Assembly (NCBI GenBank): GCA_016703025.1
Contig: JADJCV010000004.1
Span: 299,164-363,163 of the forward strand
DNA: 64,000 nt
Source of the DNA: Candidatus Avedoeria danica
GTDB taxonomy: Bacteria > Chloroflexota > Anaerolineae > Epilineales > Epilineaceae
Direction of reading: 5' to 3'
Shown: piece after piece, positions 1-8,857 of the stretch
Numbering within the stretch: position 1 is the first letter of the stretch
Layout: the number at the start of each line of letters is the position of its first letter
The notes under the pieces: generated by a model
The model's input: the letters and a program-made list of their open reading frames with translations, nothing else
Database searches by the model: none
What the model was told of the DNA's origin: nothing
Made by a program: the position numbers and the translations under genes

Positions 1-3000
1 GACTTCGTTCGTCCGGTTGCCGACGAACGTGCCCTCGAGCCCGTTGGCCAATGCCCAGAGATCGTCCTCGACCTCGAGGTGCTGCGCCGTCTCCGGATCG
101 GCGTCCGTCTGGACCCGCTCGTCGACGGCCGGATCCTCATAGGCCACCGCGACGTCGATACCGTGCTCCTCGCGCACGCCGACGCCCGTCAGCCGCCATC
201 CTTCGTTCGCGTACTGATGGACGACCTGCATCTCGCCGTCGTCGTTCACCATCGACACGAGCCACAGCACCCGGACCTCGTGGCGCAGCGTCGCGCTCGC
301 CCCAAGCCGATAGAGCATGCTGGCGTTGAACGCCACCGGCGCGCCCGTCTGCCTGTCGACCGTCCGCACGAGCGGCGCGATCGCCACGAGGTTGCCGTCG
401 GCGTCCTCGTGGACCGTGATCTGGTAGCTCTGCAGCGGCGCGGCGTCGATCATGTCGATCTGGTTCGACCCGCCGCCGAAGCCGCTGACGATGTTGCCCA
501 GCGGCGCGCACGCCACCGTCTTCGTCCCCTCGTCGACGGTGATCACGTGCTTGCCGTCCACCAGATCGACCGCGTTCGTTCCGCCGAGCGTTCGCGTCAC
601 GTTGCCCTGCAGGCCGGCGATCAGCAGGTTCTCGGCGCCGAACTTCCCGCACCGCCCATCGCGGATCCGAACGTCGTAGCGCTTCGCCAGGTCGGCGAAC
701 GCGAACACGAGGTCCGTCCGGGCGGGACCCTGCTGCGCGATCTCGAGCGTGGCGACCTCGTCGACCTGCGCGGGCGTCGTGCGCTGGAAGGCCACCGCGA
801 TCGTCGTCTCGCCTTCGATGAGGCTCGGGATCGGGGCGCAATACGGGACGATGCCGACCTCGAGGACGGCCACGTGCTGGCCGTTGGCGAGGTGGCCGAG
901 CGTGGCGACGGTGGGCAGCGGTAGGTGCTGCGCGTCGGTCAGGTTAACGGCGCCCGTCGCGACGGTGCTCCCGGCGGCGCTCCCGGCGGCGCCGCAGCGG
1001 CCCTTGACCACGGAGAGCGTCGCCGCGTCGCCGATGAGCGCGTCGAGCGTGGCCTGCGCGGACTCGATCGTCGTCTCGTCCTGCATCTTGTTGCCGAAGA
1101 CGACGCGGCCGACGACCTCGCCGGCGTTGTCGAGCGTCACGCTGGCCCGCGCCGACGTGCGCGGGAGATCCGTCGAACCACCGGGGAGCGTGATCTCGAG
1201 CATCGGCGAGACGCGCATGTCGCCGCTGAACGCCGGGTCGGACGGATCGGGGTTCAGCCCTGGCGTCGCCGGGTCGACCGGGAACGTGTTGCCGATCGTG
1301 TTGTCCAGCCGGCGCTGGATCTGGCCCTGGACGTCGCCCGTCGGCCAGTCCAGGACGTTCTGGGCGAACGAGAGCTGCTTCGCGTTCGTCGGCCGCAGCT
1401 GGATGTCGACGACGACCGGCATGCCCGGCTGCAGGCCGGCGATCTCGAGCTGCAGCGGGTTCGCATCGTCGAACACCGTCGTCGCGCCGACGAACGGTGA
1501 CGTGTCGAACCGGTTCGGCACGCCGTCCCCGTCGTTGTCGATGCTTTGTACGTCGGGCGCGTCCTGCACGCCCGAGTCAACGCACGCGAGCGTCGGTGTC
1601 CACGACGACGCGTACGGGTCGGGCGGGTCCGGCATGTCGCGCATGGAGGGGCACTCCATGCCGTCCGGTATCCCGTCGCCATCGGAATCTGGGTTCCGGG
1701 CGTCCGTGTAGCCGCGCCCGGCCGCGCCGAGCGCATAGCCCTTGATCTCCGTAGGGTCGCCGATCTCGTCCCCGTCCGTGTCCACGCCGTTCGGCGCCGT
1801 GCCGATGTGCAGCACCTCCTCGCCGTCCGTCAGCGTGTCGCCGTCCGTGTCTTTCTTGGTGGGGCTCGGGCAGCCGCTCGCCGCTGCGTTCTTCGCGCGC
1901 TCGGCGGCCGTCCACGGGTCGGACGGCTCGGCGACGGGGCACAGGATCGTCTCGTCGTAGTCGGCGATGCTGTCGTTGTCCGTGTCGGGCGCGGCGTCGC
2001 TCGTGCCCCACAGGCGTTCGAGCGCCGCGCTCAGGCCGTCGCCGTCGCGGTCGACGATGGCGCCGGCGGGGGCCTGGGCGGCGGCGCGGGCGGGGGGCGC
2101 GGCGGCAGGGGAGCCGGGCGGCGGGGCGAGGTCGGCGGCGACGTCGTAGCTGGGCGTCAGCGGGTAGGCGTAGGCGGGCGTCGCACTCGAAGCTGCGGCG
2201 AACATCGCGGCCGACGTGGATGCCGACGTCGGGTCATTCGCTTCGGCCGCATGCGCCGTCCCGGCCGGCGGGAAGCGCTCCAAGAACCGGGCCATCTGCC
2301 GCGTCGTGAGCGCGGTCTGGACGAGCGGCATCACGGTCAAGTGGGCCACCATGACCGTCGCGACGATCTGGTACGCCAGGCGCGGGCGCCGTCGCCGGAG
2401 CGCGAGAAGGGCGTAGCCGAGCGCCAGGACGAGGACGAACAGCGCGGTATCGGCGGCCAGCGAGGTCGCGACGGCTGCGGTTGCGCCACCGGGCGCATGA
2501 TCGGCGACCCATGCGAGCGGGTGGGTCCAGAAGTCGCCGGCAGCGCCGACGGCGCCGGCCGCCGCGGCCGCATCCCCGTACCCCGTGAAGTCCGTCTGCA
2601 CCTCGACCGTCGTGCGCGTCCCGTCGCGCGCCTGTGGGTGCTCCATCGTCAGCGTCATCCGCAGCGGCAGCCCATCGCCGTCGATCCAGGCCTCGCCGCG
2701 GGTGGCGACGTTCATGAAGCGGTCGACGGTGCCGAGCCGCACACCGGCGGGCAGTTCGCCGTGCGATCGGAGGTAGTCCGTGGTGAGGTCGCGCATGTAC
2801 GTGGCGTACGCCTCGCCGTCGAGCGCGAACGCGTAGCGCTCGAACGACACCTCGCGCGTGGTACCCGAGGCCGTCGGCAGCTCGCGCGTCTCGGCTCCCA
2901 GCGGGCGCACGTGCTCGGCGGCCACGAGGAAGGAGGCCGCGTCGCCCGTTTGCGCAAGGCCGCCGTCGATATCGTCCAGCGCCTGCCACTCGCCGCCCTT

Positions 3001-3378
3001 CACGCGTGCGCTGGCGGCGACGCCGTCGAGGCGCACCTCCAGCGCTTCGGCCGGGTCGCCGATGGCGGCACCGTCCCGCCACAGCGATAGCTCAAGGCGC
3101 TGTGCCCGGCGGTCCGCTGTGCCGTCCATGAACAGCGTCGTGACCTTGGCCTGTCGTCCGGCCGACGTGATCGCGGGAGGCGGCAGCGTGGTCTGCGTCA
3201 GCCGGGTTTCGAAGGCGTAGCGGCCGACGCGCTCGGTGCGCTGCCAGGCCGTGCGCAGGATGGAGGCGGCGTCGGCGTGGACGCGGTCGGGGGACGGCGG
3301 GGCGACGACAAAGGCCGCCAGGAGGGCGGCCAGGAGGGAGGTGCGGAGGGCGATGTGGGTGCGGGGGGGACGCGTCAT
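1..3378 (-). CDS. Large secreted/membrane protein with thrombospondin type-3-like Ca-binding repeats (5' partial: stop lies beyond window start)
   Basis: ATG at complement 3376-3378 preceded by AAGGAGCCCCCG RBS. N-term MTRPPRTHIALRTSLLAALLAAFVVAPPSP is signal-like, with a hydrophobic helix TALFVLVLALGYALLAL later. Minus frame aligned to + frame 1 has GC3>GC1 and is open to position 1. Around 1500-2000 it translates to DTDGDTLTDGEE, DTDGDEIGD, DSDGDGIPDG, DNDGDGVPN. Track ORF 79..924(+) is its antisense shadow. Confidence 0.55.
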   Translation of the reverse strand, partial: MTRPPRTHIALRTSLLAALLAAFVVAPPSPDRVHADAASILRTAWQRTERVGRYAFETRLTQTTLPPPAITSAGRQAKVTTLFMDGTADRRAQRLELSLWRDGAAIGDPAEALEVRLDGVAASARVKGGEWQALDDIDGGLAQTGDAASFLVAAEHVRPLGAETRELPTASGTTREVSFERYAFALDGEAYATYMRDLTTDYLRSHGELPAGVRLGTVDRFMNVATRGEAWIDGDGLPLRMTLTMEHPQARDGTRTTVEVQTDFTGYGDAAAAAGAVGAAGDFWTHPLAWVADHAPGGATAAVATSLAADTALFVLVLALGYALLALRRRRPRLAYQIVATVMVAHLTVMPLVQTALTTRQMARFLERFPPAGTAHAAEANDPTSASTSAAMFAAASSATPAYAYPLTPSYDVAADLAPPPGSPAAAPPARAAAQAPAGAIVDRDGDGLSAALERLWGTSDAAPDTDNDSIADYDETILCPVAEPSDPWTAAERAKNAAASGCPSPTKKDTDGDTLTDGEEVLHIGTAPNGVDTDGDEIGDPTEIKGYALGAAGRGYTDARNPDSDGDGIPDGMECPSMRDMPDPPDPYASSWTPTLACVDSGVQDAPDVQSIDNDGDGVPNRFDTSPFVGATTVFDDANPLQLEIAGLQPGMPVVVDIQLRPTNAKQLSFAQNVLDWPTGDVQGQIQRRLDNTIGNTFPVDPATPGLNPDPSDPAFSGDMRVSPMLEITLPGGSTDLPRTSARASVTLDNAGEVVGRVVFGNKMQDETTIESAQATLDALIGDAATLSVVKGRCGAAGSAAGSTVATGAVNLTDAQHLPLPTVATLGHLANGQHVAVLEVGIVPYCAPIPSLIEGETTIAVAFQRTTPAQVDEVATLEIAQQGPARTDLVFAFADLAKRYDVRIRDGRCGKFGAENLLIAGLQGNVTRTLGGTNAVDLVDGKHVITVDEGTKTVACAPLGNIVSGFGGGSNQIDMIDAAPLQSYQITVHEDADGNLVAIAPLVRTVDRQTGAPVAFNASMLYRLGASATLRHEVRVLWLVSMVNDDGEMQVVHQYANEGWRLTGVGVREEHGIDVAVAYEDPAVDERVQTDADPETAQHLEVEDDLWALANGLEGTFVGNRTNEV

Positions 3379-3449
3379 CGGGGGCTCCTTGAGCCGATCG
3401 GCGGGGGGGCACGCGGGGACATGCGAAGGGCTGACCGGCGAGCGCGATT

Positions 3450-4157
3450 GTGGCGGGGGTGGCGGGGGTGGGTCAAGCGCAGTGGCGGGCAATGCTCTTT
3501 CGGATGGCCGAAGTGGCACCATTGTCAGTGAACGCGTGGGACATGTCGGTGAAGCAATTGGGGTGGAACTCGATTGAGATCGTCGACGTCATCGACCCGG
3601 CGACGCCGCGCTGGGTGGGCCGGACGTCCCTGCACGCGGCTCCCCAAGGGCGCGGACTGGCCGTGCTCGACCCGTACGTGTATCTCGCCGACGGTGGCCT
3701 GCGAGTGTTGGACCTGAGCGATCCGGCCGCGCCACGCGATGTCGTGACCGTCGAGCTGCCGCCGCAGGCCCGGAACGGGGGCGGAGTCGCGGTCGACGCA
3801 CGAACGAGCATGCTGTACTTTGCCAGCGCCGGTCTGTTTGCGTACGACCTGGCGGACCCGTCTGCGCCTCGCATGGTATCGGGCCGTCTCGAAGAGGAGA
3901 CGTACGACTCGAACATCCGTGTTGGCGACGGTATTGCCTTCGTGTTCATCCCACGGGGGTTTCTCCCTTCGAAGCTGTACGCATTCAGCCTGAGGGATCC
4001 CGCCCGTCCGCAGCGATTCCGTCGGGCGATCGTGACCGGGGCACGACGTGGTTTCACGTCGGCTTGCAACACGGTCAGCGTGTCATCGCTGCGCGGAAGT
4101 TGTGCGTCGACACTAACGACCATGCAGGTCAACGTGCGGCAAGGGCTATTCCGTTGA
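3450..4157 (+). pseudogene. LVIVD-repeat beta-propeller protein fragment (short, likely truncated remnant)
   Basis: GTG start. LVIVD-type repeats LRVLDLSDPAAPRDVVTVEL, LFAYDLADPSAPRMVSG, LYAFSLRDPARPQRF. Only 235 aa, whereas LVIVD proteins usually carry more than 6 repeats. Locally lower GC. Confidence 0.35.
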
Positions 4158-4354
4158 ACCGCTGCCGGCTGCCGGCTGCCGGCAATCCCTCCCGCGTTCG
4201 TGAGTACACCGGGTGGAGGGAGCAGGGACGGGCGGTCCAGCCGGGGCTTGGCCTATGACGTCGTGGTGGTGTGGCCCACGAGGACGCGGTCCGGTGCCCA
4301 ACTGGCTTGCGACCGTGTATCGTTCACGGTATGTGCAGCGTGGAGGATAAGCGA

Positions 4355-4579
4355 ATGTTCAAAGTGACCGTCATGCTTCCCGACGAGATCCGCGACGCAG
4401 CCGGCCGACAGGGCAAGTCCGTGGAGTTGCTCGTCCAGCAACTCGTGGATGCGTATCTCGAGGAACGGGACGATGACGCGCTCGTGGAGGACCTCAATGC
4501 CCGCGAAGCGGCCGGTCTCTCACGCGTGCGCGAGTTCGCTGCGTTCGCAGCTGAATTGGGCGCCGACGAGAACGACTGA
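4355..4579 (+). CDS. Ribbon-helix-helix (CopG/ParD-like) antitoxin-type DNA-binding protein
   Basis: RBS GGAGGATAAGCGA then ATG. MFKVTVMLPDEIRDAAGRQGKSVELLVQQLVDAYLEE fits a beta-strand plus two-helix RHH fold, with an acidic C-terminal tail. Its stop overlaps the next ATG (ATGA). Confidence 0.5.
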   Translation: MFKVTVMLPDEIRDAAGRQGKSVELLVQQLVDAYLEERDDDALVEDLNAREAAGLSRVREFAAFAAELGADEND

Positions 4580-4704
4580 TGGCGACCTATCGCGTCGAGA
4601 ATGATCCTACCGTCGTCCAACCCGTGATCCTCCCCCTCCCCCAGACTTGGGGGAGGGGGTCGGGGGGTGAGGGCCTTAGGCCGAACGGCTGCGCGAAGTT
4701 CTGA
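4579..4704 (+). pseudogene. 41-codon ORF translationally coupled to RHH gene; possible toxin remnant interrupted by REP-like element
   Basis: ATGA overlap with the RHH stop. Reads MATYRVENDPTVVQ and then straight through the 58-nt hairpin repeat (…PVILPLPQTWGRGSGGEG…), which is not protein-like. Confidence 0.2.
4618..4675. repeat. 58-nt REP-like GC-hairpin element, copy 1 (CAACCCGTGATCCTCCCCCTCCCCCAGACTTGGGGGAGGGGGTCGGGGGGTGAGGGCC)
   Basis: Near-identical second copy at 55320..55377, with one mismatch in the loop. Perfect 12-bp stem CCCCCTCCCCCA/TGGGGGAGGGGG around a 4-nt loop. Confidence 0.6.
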
Positions 4705-4786
4705 CGGTTGTACGGAAGCTGCCGGGTCACCGCCATGATCAACGAACACGACCGCATCGCTCGGTCCCGAATCGCAACATGGAAGC

Positions 4787-4826
4787 GCCCGGACTTTCAA
4801 TATTGAGTCGTCCGGGCTTTCTATGG
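4787..4826 (+). terminator. Hairpin (GCCCGGAC-15 nt-GTCCGGGC) followed by TTTCTATGG; candidate intrinsic terminator
   Basis: 8-bp GC stem with a T-rich 3' flank, in an unusually AT-rich segment between convergent genes. Confidence 0.35.
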
Positions 4827-4967
4827 TGAAACCCAACCGGTTTCAATGTTGAAACGCCACACGAATCAACATTGCATTTCCAACCCACTCCACTTGCCGC
4901 GCCCGCCTCGCGACCGGCCACACGGTTGGACTGCGCTGGCTGCAAGCAATCCAATCGATCTCGCCGT

Positions 4968-7421
4968 CTATACCCGCCGTACGTCGCTGTCGTCCCCTGC
5001 CACCCCAACCACCCCCGGCAAGCCCTCCCGCGCCCGCTCCCGCGCCCGCGAGTACGCCGGCCGCCCCCCCCGCGGCTTCACCGCCAAATACGGCGCCGGC
5101 CACCACTGATCGTCGTGCCCGTACTTGGCCGCGGCATGAAGCGTGAGGTACGGATCGCTCAAATGCGGCCGCGCCATCGCGCACAGGTCGGCGCGGCCGG
5201 CGGCCAGGACGGTGTTCGCGTGGTCGGCATTTTGAATCGCGCCGACGGCCATCACCGGGATGCCGACCTCCTTCTTGATCCGCTCGGCGAACGGCACCTG
5301 GAACATCCGGCCGTAGTCCGGCAGCGCGTACGGCGCGGTCTGGCCGGCCGAGACGTCGACGATGTCGCAGCCGTGGGCGGCGAAGGCGCGGGCGATCGCC
5401 ACCGCGTCGTCGCCGTCGTTGCCGCCGTCGACCCAGTCGGTGGCGGAGATCCGCACGCTCATCGGCTTTGCGGCGGGCCACGCGGCGCGGACGGCGTCGA
5501 AGACCTCGAGCGGGTAGCGCAGGCGGTTCGCCAGATCGCCGCCGTAGTCGTCGACGCGCCGGTTGGACAGGGGCGATAGGAACGACGAGAGCAAGTAGCC
5601 GTGCGCGCAGTGCAGCTCGAGCATATCGAAGCCGGCGTCGACGGCCAGCAGAGCGGCGCGGACGAAGTCGGCCGTCACGGCCTCCATGTCGGCGCGCGTC
5701 ATCGCCCGCGGGACCTGGCTGAACGGGTGGTACGGCACGGCGGAAGCGGCCACGATGTCCCAGTTGTGCCACGGCAGCGGCTCGTCGTAGCCCTCCCAGC
5801 CGACGCGCGTGCTCGCCTTCTGGCCGGCATGGGCGAGCTGGAGGGCGATCGCGGCTTGGCTGTGGCCATGGACGAACGTCGTGATGCGCCGCCACGCCTC
5901 GGCATGCCGCTCGCTCCACATCCCGCAGCAGCCCGGCGTGATCCGCGCCTCGGGCGAGATGTCCGTCATCTCGGAGATGATCAACCCGGCGCCGCCGATC
6001 GCCCGGCTCCCGAGGTGGACCATGTGCCAATCGTTCGGCAGACCGTCTTCCGACAGGTACTGGCACATCGGCGAGACGACGATCCGGTTCACGAGCTCGA
6101 GGCTGCGCAGCGAAAGGGGCGCGAAGATCGGCGTGAGCGGCGTGCCGTCTCCGGCCGTCGGCGCGCCCTCGACGTCGCGGAACACCTGGCGCACGCGGCC
6201 GATGAACCCCTCGTCGCGGCGGAGGAGGTTGTCGTACGTGATCTGCTTGGAGCGCGTGAGGAGGTCGAACGCGAAGCGGACGGGGGGCACGTCGATCCGC
6301 CCGGCGACGGTCTCGAACCAGTGCTGGCTCGTCCGCGCCACGGTCTGCGTCCGCCCGACCTCGACCCAGCGCGCGTCCTCGTACGCTTGCAGCGCGCCCG
6401 TCACCCCCCCCGGCCCGTCCACACCGACGGCGCACAGCGCGTCGACGAGCGCGATCGCGCTCTCCATCGCCAGCTTCGTGCCGCTGCCGATCGAAAAGTG
6501 CGCCGTGTGGGCCGCGTCGCCGAGGATGACGACGTTGCCGTCGTGCCACTGGCGGAGCGTGACCGTCGGGAAGGACCGCCAGATCGACCGGTTGGAGATG
6601 AGCGGCGCGCCGTCCAGCCAGTCGGCGAACAGCGCTTCCCCGAACGCGACCGTCGCGGCCTCGTCGGCGGTGTCCAGCCCGGCGCGGCGCCACGTGTCCT
6701 CGTGGCACTCGATGATGAACGTGCCGAGATCCGCCTCGAACGGGTAGGCGTGGGCTTGGAACAGGCCCCACTGCGTCTCGGCGAACAGGAACGTGAAGGC
6801 CGTCATCGGCCGCGGCGTCCCGAGCCACGTGAAGCGGCACGCGCCCCAGCCGACCGTCGGCCGGAACGCGTCGCGGCGCGCCTCCCGCACCCGGCTGTTC
6901 ACGCCGTCGGCGGCGATCACGAGGTCGGCGCCGCCGTGCGTCGCGTCCGCGATGAACCGCTCAACGTCCTCGATGTCGCGCTCGAACTCCAGCCGCACGC
7001 CCAGCGCCCGGCAGCGCGCCTGGAGGATGACGAGCAGCTCGCGCCGCGCCAGCCCGCAGAACCCGTGGCCGGTGCTCGTCACGACCTCGCCGCCGACGTG
7101 GACGTCGATGTCGTCCCAGTACCGAAAGGCGCCCTCGATGGCCGCGTAGCTCTCCGGGTCCGCCTCGGCCAGCGTCTGAAGCGTCTCGGACGAGAAGACG
7201 ACGCCGAATCCGAACGTCACCTCGGGCGCGTTGCGCTCGATGACGGTGACTTCGTGGCGCGCGTCGATGCGCTTCAGCAGCAGCGCGGCGTACAGGCCGG
7301 CCGGGCCGGCGCCGAGGACGACGACCTTGAGCGGGCGGAGCAGGTTGGGGCGGCCGTCCGCAGGCCAGGAGCGCGATGCTCGGCCGAGGGCGGGCGTCGT
7401 CGGCGAGGCGGGGGCGAGCAT
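4968..7421 (-). CDS. Bifunctional FAD-dependent aromatic-ring monooxygenase / Old Yellow Enzyme-type NADH:flavin oxidoreductase (salicylyl-CoA 5-hydroxylase-like fusion)
   Basis: N-half: VVVLGAGPAGLYAALLL (GxGxxG), DLVIAADGVNSRVR, ILGDAAHTAHFSIGSGTKLAMESA (class A flavin monooxygenase motifs). C-half: LVNRIVVSPMCQYLSEDG…HLGSRAIGGAGLIISEMT…HGHSQAAIALQLAHAGQKAS (OYE TIM barrel). The track ORF extends to 7682, but its first ~90-130 aa are Pro/Ala-rich and look like read-through. Start uncertain (about 7300-7421). Confidence 0.8.
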   Translation of the reverse strand: MLAPASPTTPALGRASRSWPADGRPNLLRPLKVVVLGAGPAGLYAALLLKRIDARHEVTVIERNAPEVTFGFGVVFSSETLQTLAEADPESYAAIEGAFRYWDDIDVHVGGEVVTSTGHGFCGLARRELLVILQARCRALGVRLEFERDIEDVERFIADATHGGADLVIAADGVNSRVREARRDAFRPTVGWGACRFTWLGTPRPMTAFTFLFAETQWGLFQAHAYPFEADLGTFIIECHEDTWRRAGLDTADEAATVAFGEALFADWLDGAPLISNRSIWRSFPTVTLRQWHDGNVVILGDAAHTAHFSIGSGTKLAMESAIALVDALCAVGVDGPGGVTGALQAYEDARWVEVGRTQTVARTSQHWFETVAGRIDVPPVRFAFDLLTRSKQITYDNLLRRDEGFIGRVRQVFRDVEGAPTAGDGTPLTPIFAPLSLRSLELVNRIVVSPMCQYLSEDGLPNDWHMVHLGSRAIGGAGLIISEMTDISPEARITPGCCGMWSERHAEAWRRITTFVHGHSQAAIALQLAHAGQKASTRVGWEGYDEPLPWHNWDIVAASAVPYHPFSQVPRAMTRADMEAVTADFVRAALLAVDAGFDMLELHCAHGYLLSSFLSPLSNRRVDDYGGDLANRLRYPLEVFDAVRAAWPAAKPMSVRISATDWVDGGNDGDDAVAIARAFAAHGCDIVDVSAGQTAPYALPDYGRMFQVPFAERIKKEVGIPVMAVGAIQNADHANTVLAAGRADLCAMARPHLSDPYLTLHAAAKYGHDDQWWPAPYLAVKPRGGRPAYSRARERAREGLPGVVGVAGDDSDVRRV

Positions 7422-7608
7422 GGGCGGTCTCCGGGGCGGAACGATCGGAGCGGGCTGGGCGGCGGCCGGGGCGCGAGGTCGCCACGTGGGCGGGCGAGCC
7501 GGGGCCAGTAGGATAGCGAGCGGGCGGAGAGGGGCAAGGTGGACGATGGCGATCGCTGCCGCTGTGGCCGTGGCCGCGATTAGCACCAATCCGCCGCCAT
7601 GCGGCCGT

Positions 7609-7659
7609 GCGACGCTCATGTATGGGCACCCCTTGTGGGTGCCCATACATGAGCGTCGC
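7609..7659. promoter_or_regulatory. 51-bp perfect palindrome (23-bp arms GCGACGCTCATGTATGGGCACCC / GGGTGCCCATACATGAGCGTCGC, 5-nt spacer)
   Basis: Read directly from the sequence. Lies in the intergenic region upstream (minus strand) of the monooxygenase/OYE gene and downstream of the 7835..8590 gene. No U-tract, so an operator or cruciform is more likely than an intrinsic terminator. Confidence 0.5.
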
Positions 7660-7834
7660 GATGGACGACACGGCCGAAACACGGTGGTGTGGTATTACGA
7701 CGGCTCGCTTCACCGGCCGTCGCCGGTCGATGAAGCGAGCCAGGGTCTCGCGGGGTGGCGGTGGCACGTCGCCCTTGGCCCGCGCGCCGCACCGCTGACC
7801 GGGTCCCGCCGGACCCGGGCCGATGACCGGGCGG

Positions 7835-8590
7835 CTACGGCGCGACGGTCAGGTGGTACGTCATGTCCTGCGACGTGCTGCCGTCCACGTCGGCCGTGAA
7901 GTGCAGCTCATGCGCCCCCACCGACAGCGGCTTGACCATCACGTAGTAGCCGTCGCTGATGTTCGGGTTGCGCACGCCGGGCGTGTACCCGAAGTCCGTC
8001 CAGAGCGAGTCCGCGAGGAGGTCGAGGCTGAAGGCACCCGAGCTGGCGCGGTAGTCGAACAGGCCGGTGATCGCCTGGCCGTCCAGGGTCATCGACAGTC
8101 CGGTGACGTTCTCGGTCATGAACGTGTCCAGGAAGCCTTGCAGGTCGGCGGCGCTGCACGTGTCGGGCTCCTCGGATGCCCCGATCCACCAGCAGTCTTC
8201 GGGTGCCCAGACATCCCAGTTGATCAGCGGGACGAGCAGGGCCTTGTTCTTGGGCACGGTGAGCGTGCGCTCACCGGGGCCGCCGAACGTGCCGGCCAGG
8301 AACCACACGTTGCCGGCGGGCTGCTCGTCGGCATCGCCGTACGTGACGACGCCGCTGTCGGCGATCGGGCTCACGGCGTACGGATACTGGCCCATCCACG
8401 CCCACCACTCGCCGCCCCACGCGCCGAGCGACCGGCCGTGGGGATGGGCGTTCGGTGGGAACACCAGGGAGTTCTGGTTGGCGGCCTGGACCGGCCCGTT
8501 GACAGCCACGATCAACGCGGCGAGCGCGGCGAGGAGGGAAGTGATCAGCACGCGGGCCCGGACAAACCGGGCGAGGCGTTCGAGTTGCAC
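7835..8590 (-). CDS. Secreted hypothetical protein (signal peptide; Trp-rich)
   Basis: GTG start 9 nt after AAGGAA. N-term MQLERLARFVRARVLITSLLAALAALIVAVNGPVQA is signal-like. Good GC3 bias. No family recognised. Confidence 0.6.
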   Translation of the reverse strand: MQLERLARFVRARVLITSLLAALAALIVAVNGPVQAANQNSLVFPPNAHPHGRSLGAWGGEWWAWMGQYPYAVSPIADSGVVTYGDADEQPAGNVWFLAGTFGGPGERTLTVPKNKALLVPLINWDVWAPEDCWWIGASEEPDTCSAADLQGFLDTFMTENVTGLSMTLDGQAITGLFDYRASSGAFSLDLLADSLWTDFGYTPGVRNPNISDGYYVMVKPLSVGAHELHFTADVDGSTSQDMTYHLTVAP

Positions 8591-8857
8591 GGGTTCTGTT
8601 CCTTTGTTCGTATGTTCTTAGATGTGCGGCATGCGATACAGCGGCGAGATGGGCGTACACATGTCGTGGGGCCGGCCGCCCACTGGGCCGTTCCGTGCCG
8701 ACGGTACCTTCCTATCTATGATCTGGCCCTCCTGTCCTTGTGCGTCACCGCGGCCATCCGCGGCGACATCGTGGCGCCAGCATAGTCGGAGCGAGGCCGC
8801 GCCGGGAGTCCAGAAGGGGCCAATAAGGGGTCAGTTGTTGACGCGGACGTCCGCTCC

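Noticed and set aside
79-924. 281-aa + strand ORF (and 749..1711, 925..1500, 1546..3090)
   Set aside because: GC1>GC3 and Asp/Val/Arg/His-rich composition. It is the in-phase antisense shadow of the real minus-strand TSP3-repeat gene.
4843-7511. Long Arg/Gly/Asp-rich ORFs (4843..6840 -, 4872..5579 +, 5601..7511 +, 6961..7767 -)
   Set aside because: Out-of-frame or antisense read-through of the monooxygenase/OYE gene. Low-complexity RRR/PRP composition with no motifs.
7780-7815. GC hairpin CCGGGTCC-cgccg-GGACCCGG after the 7835..8590 gene
   Set aside because: No U-tract on the transcribed strand. It may be a structural element, but evidence for an intrinsic terminator is insufficient.
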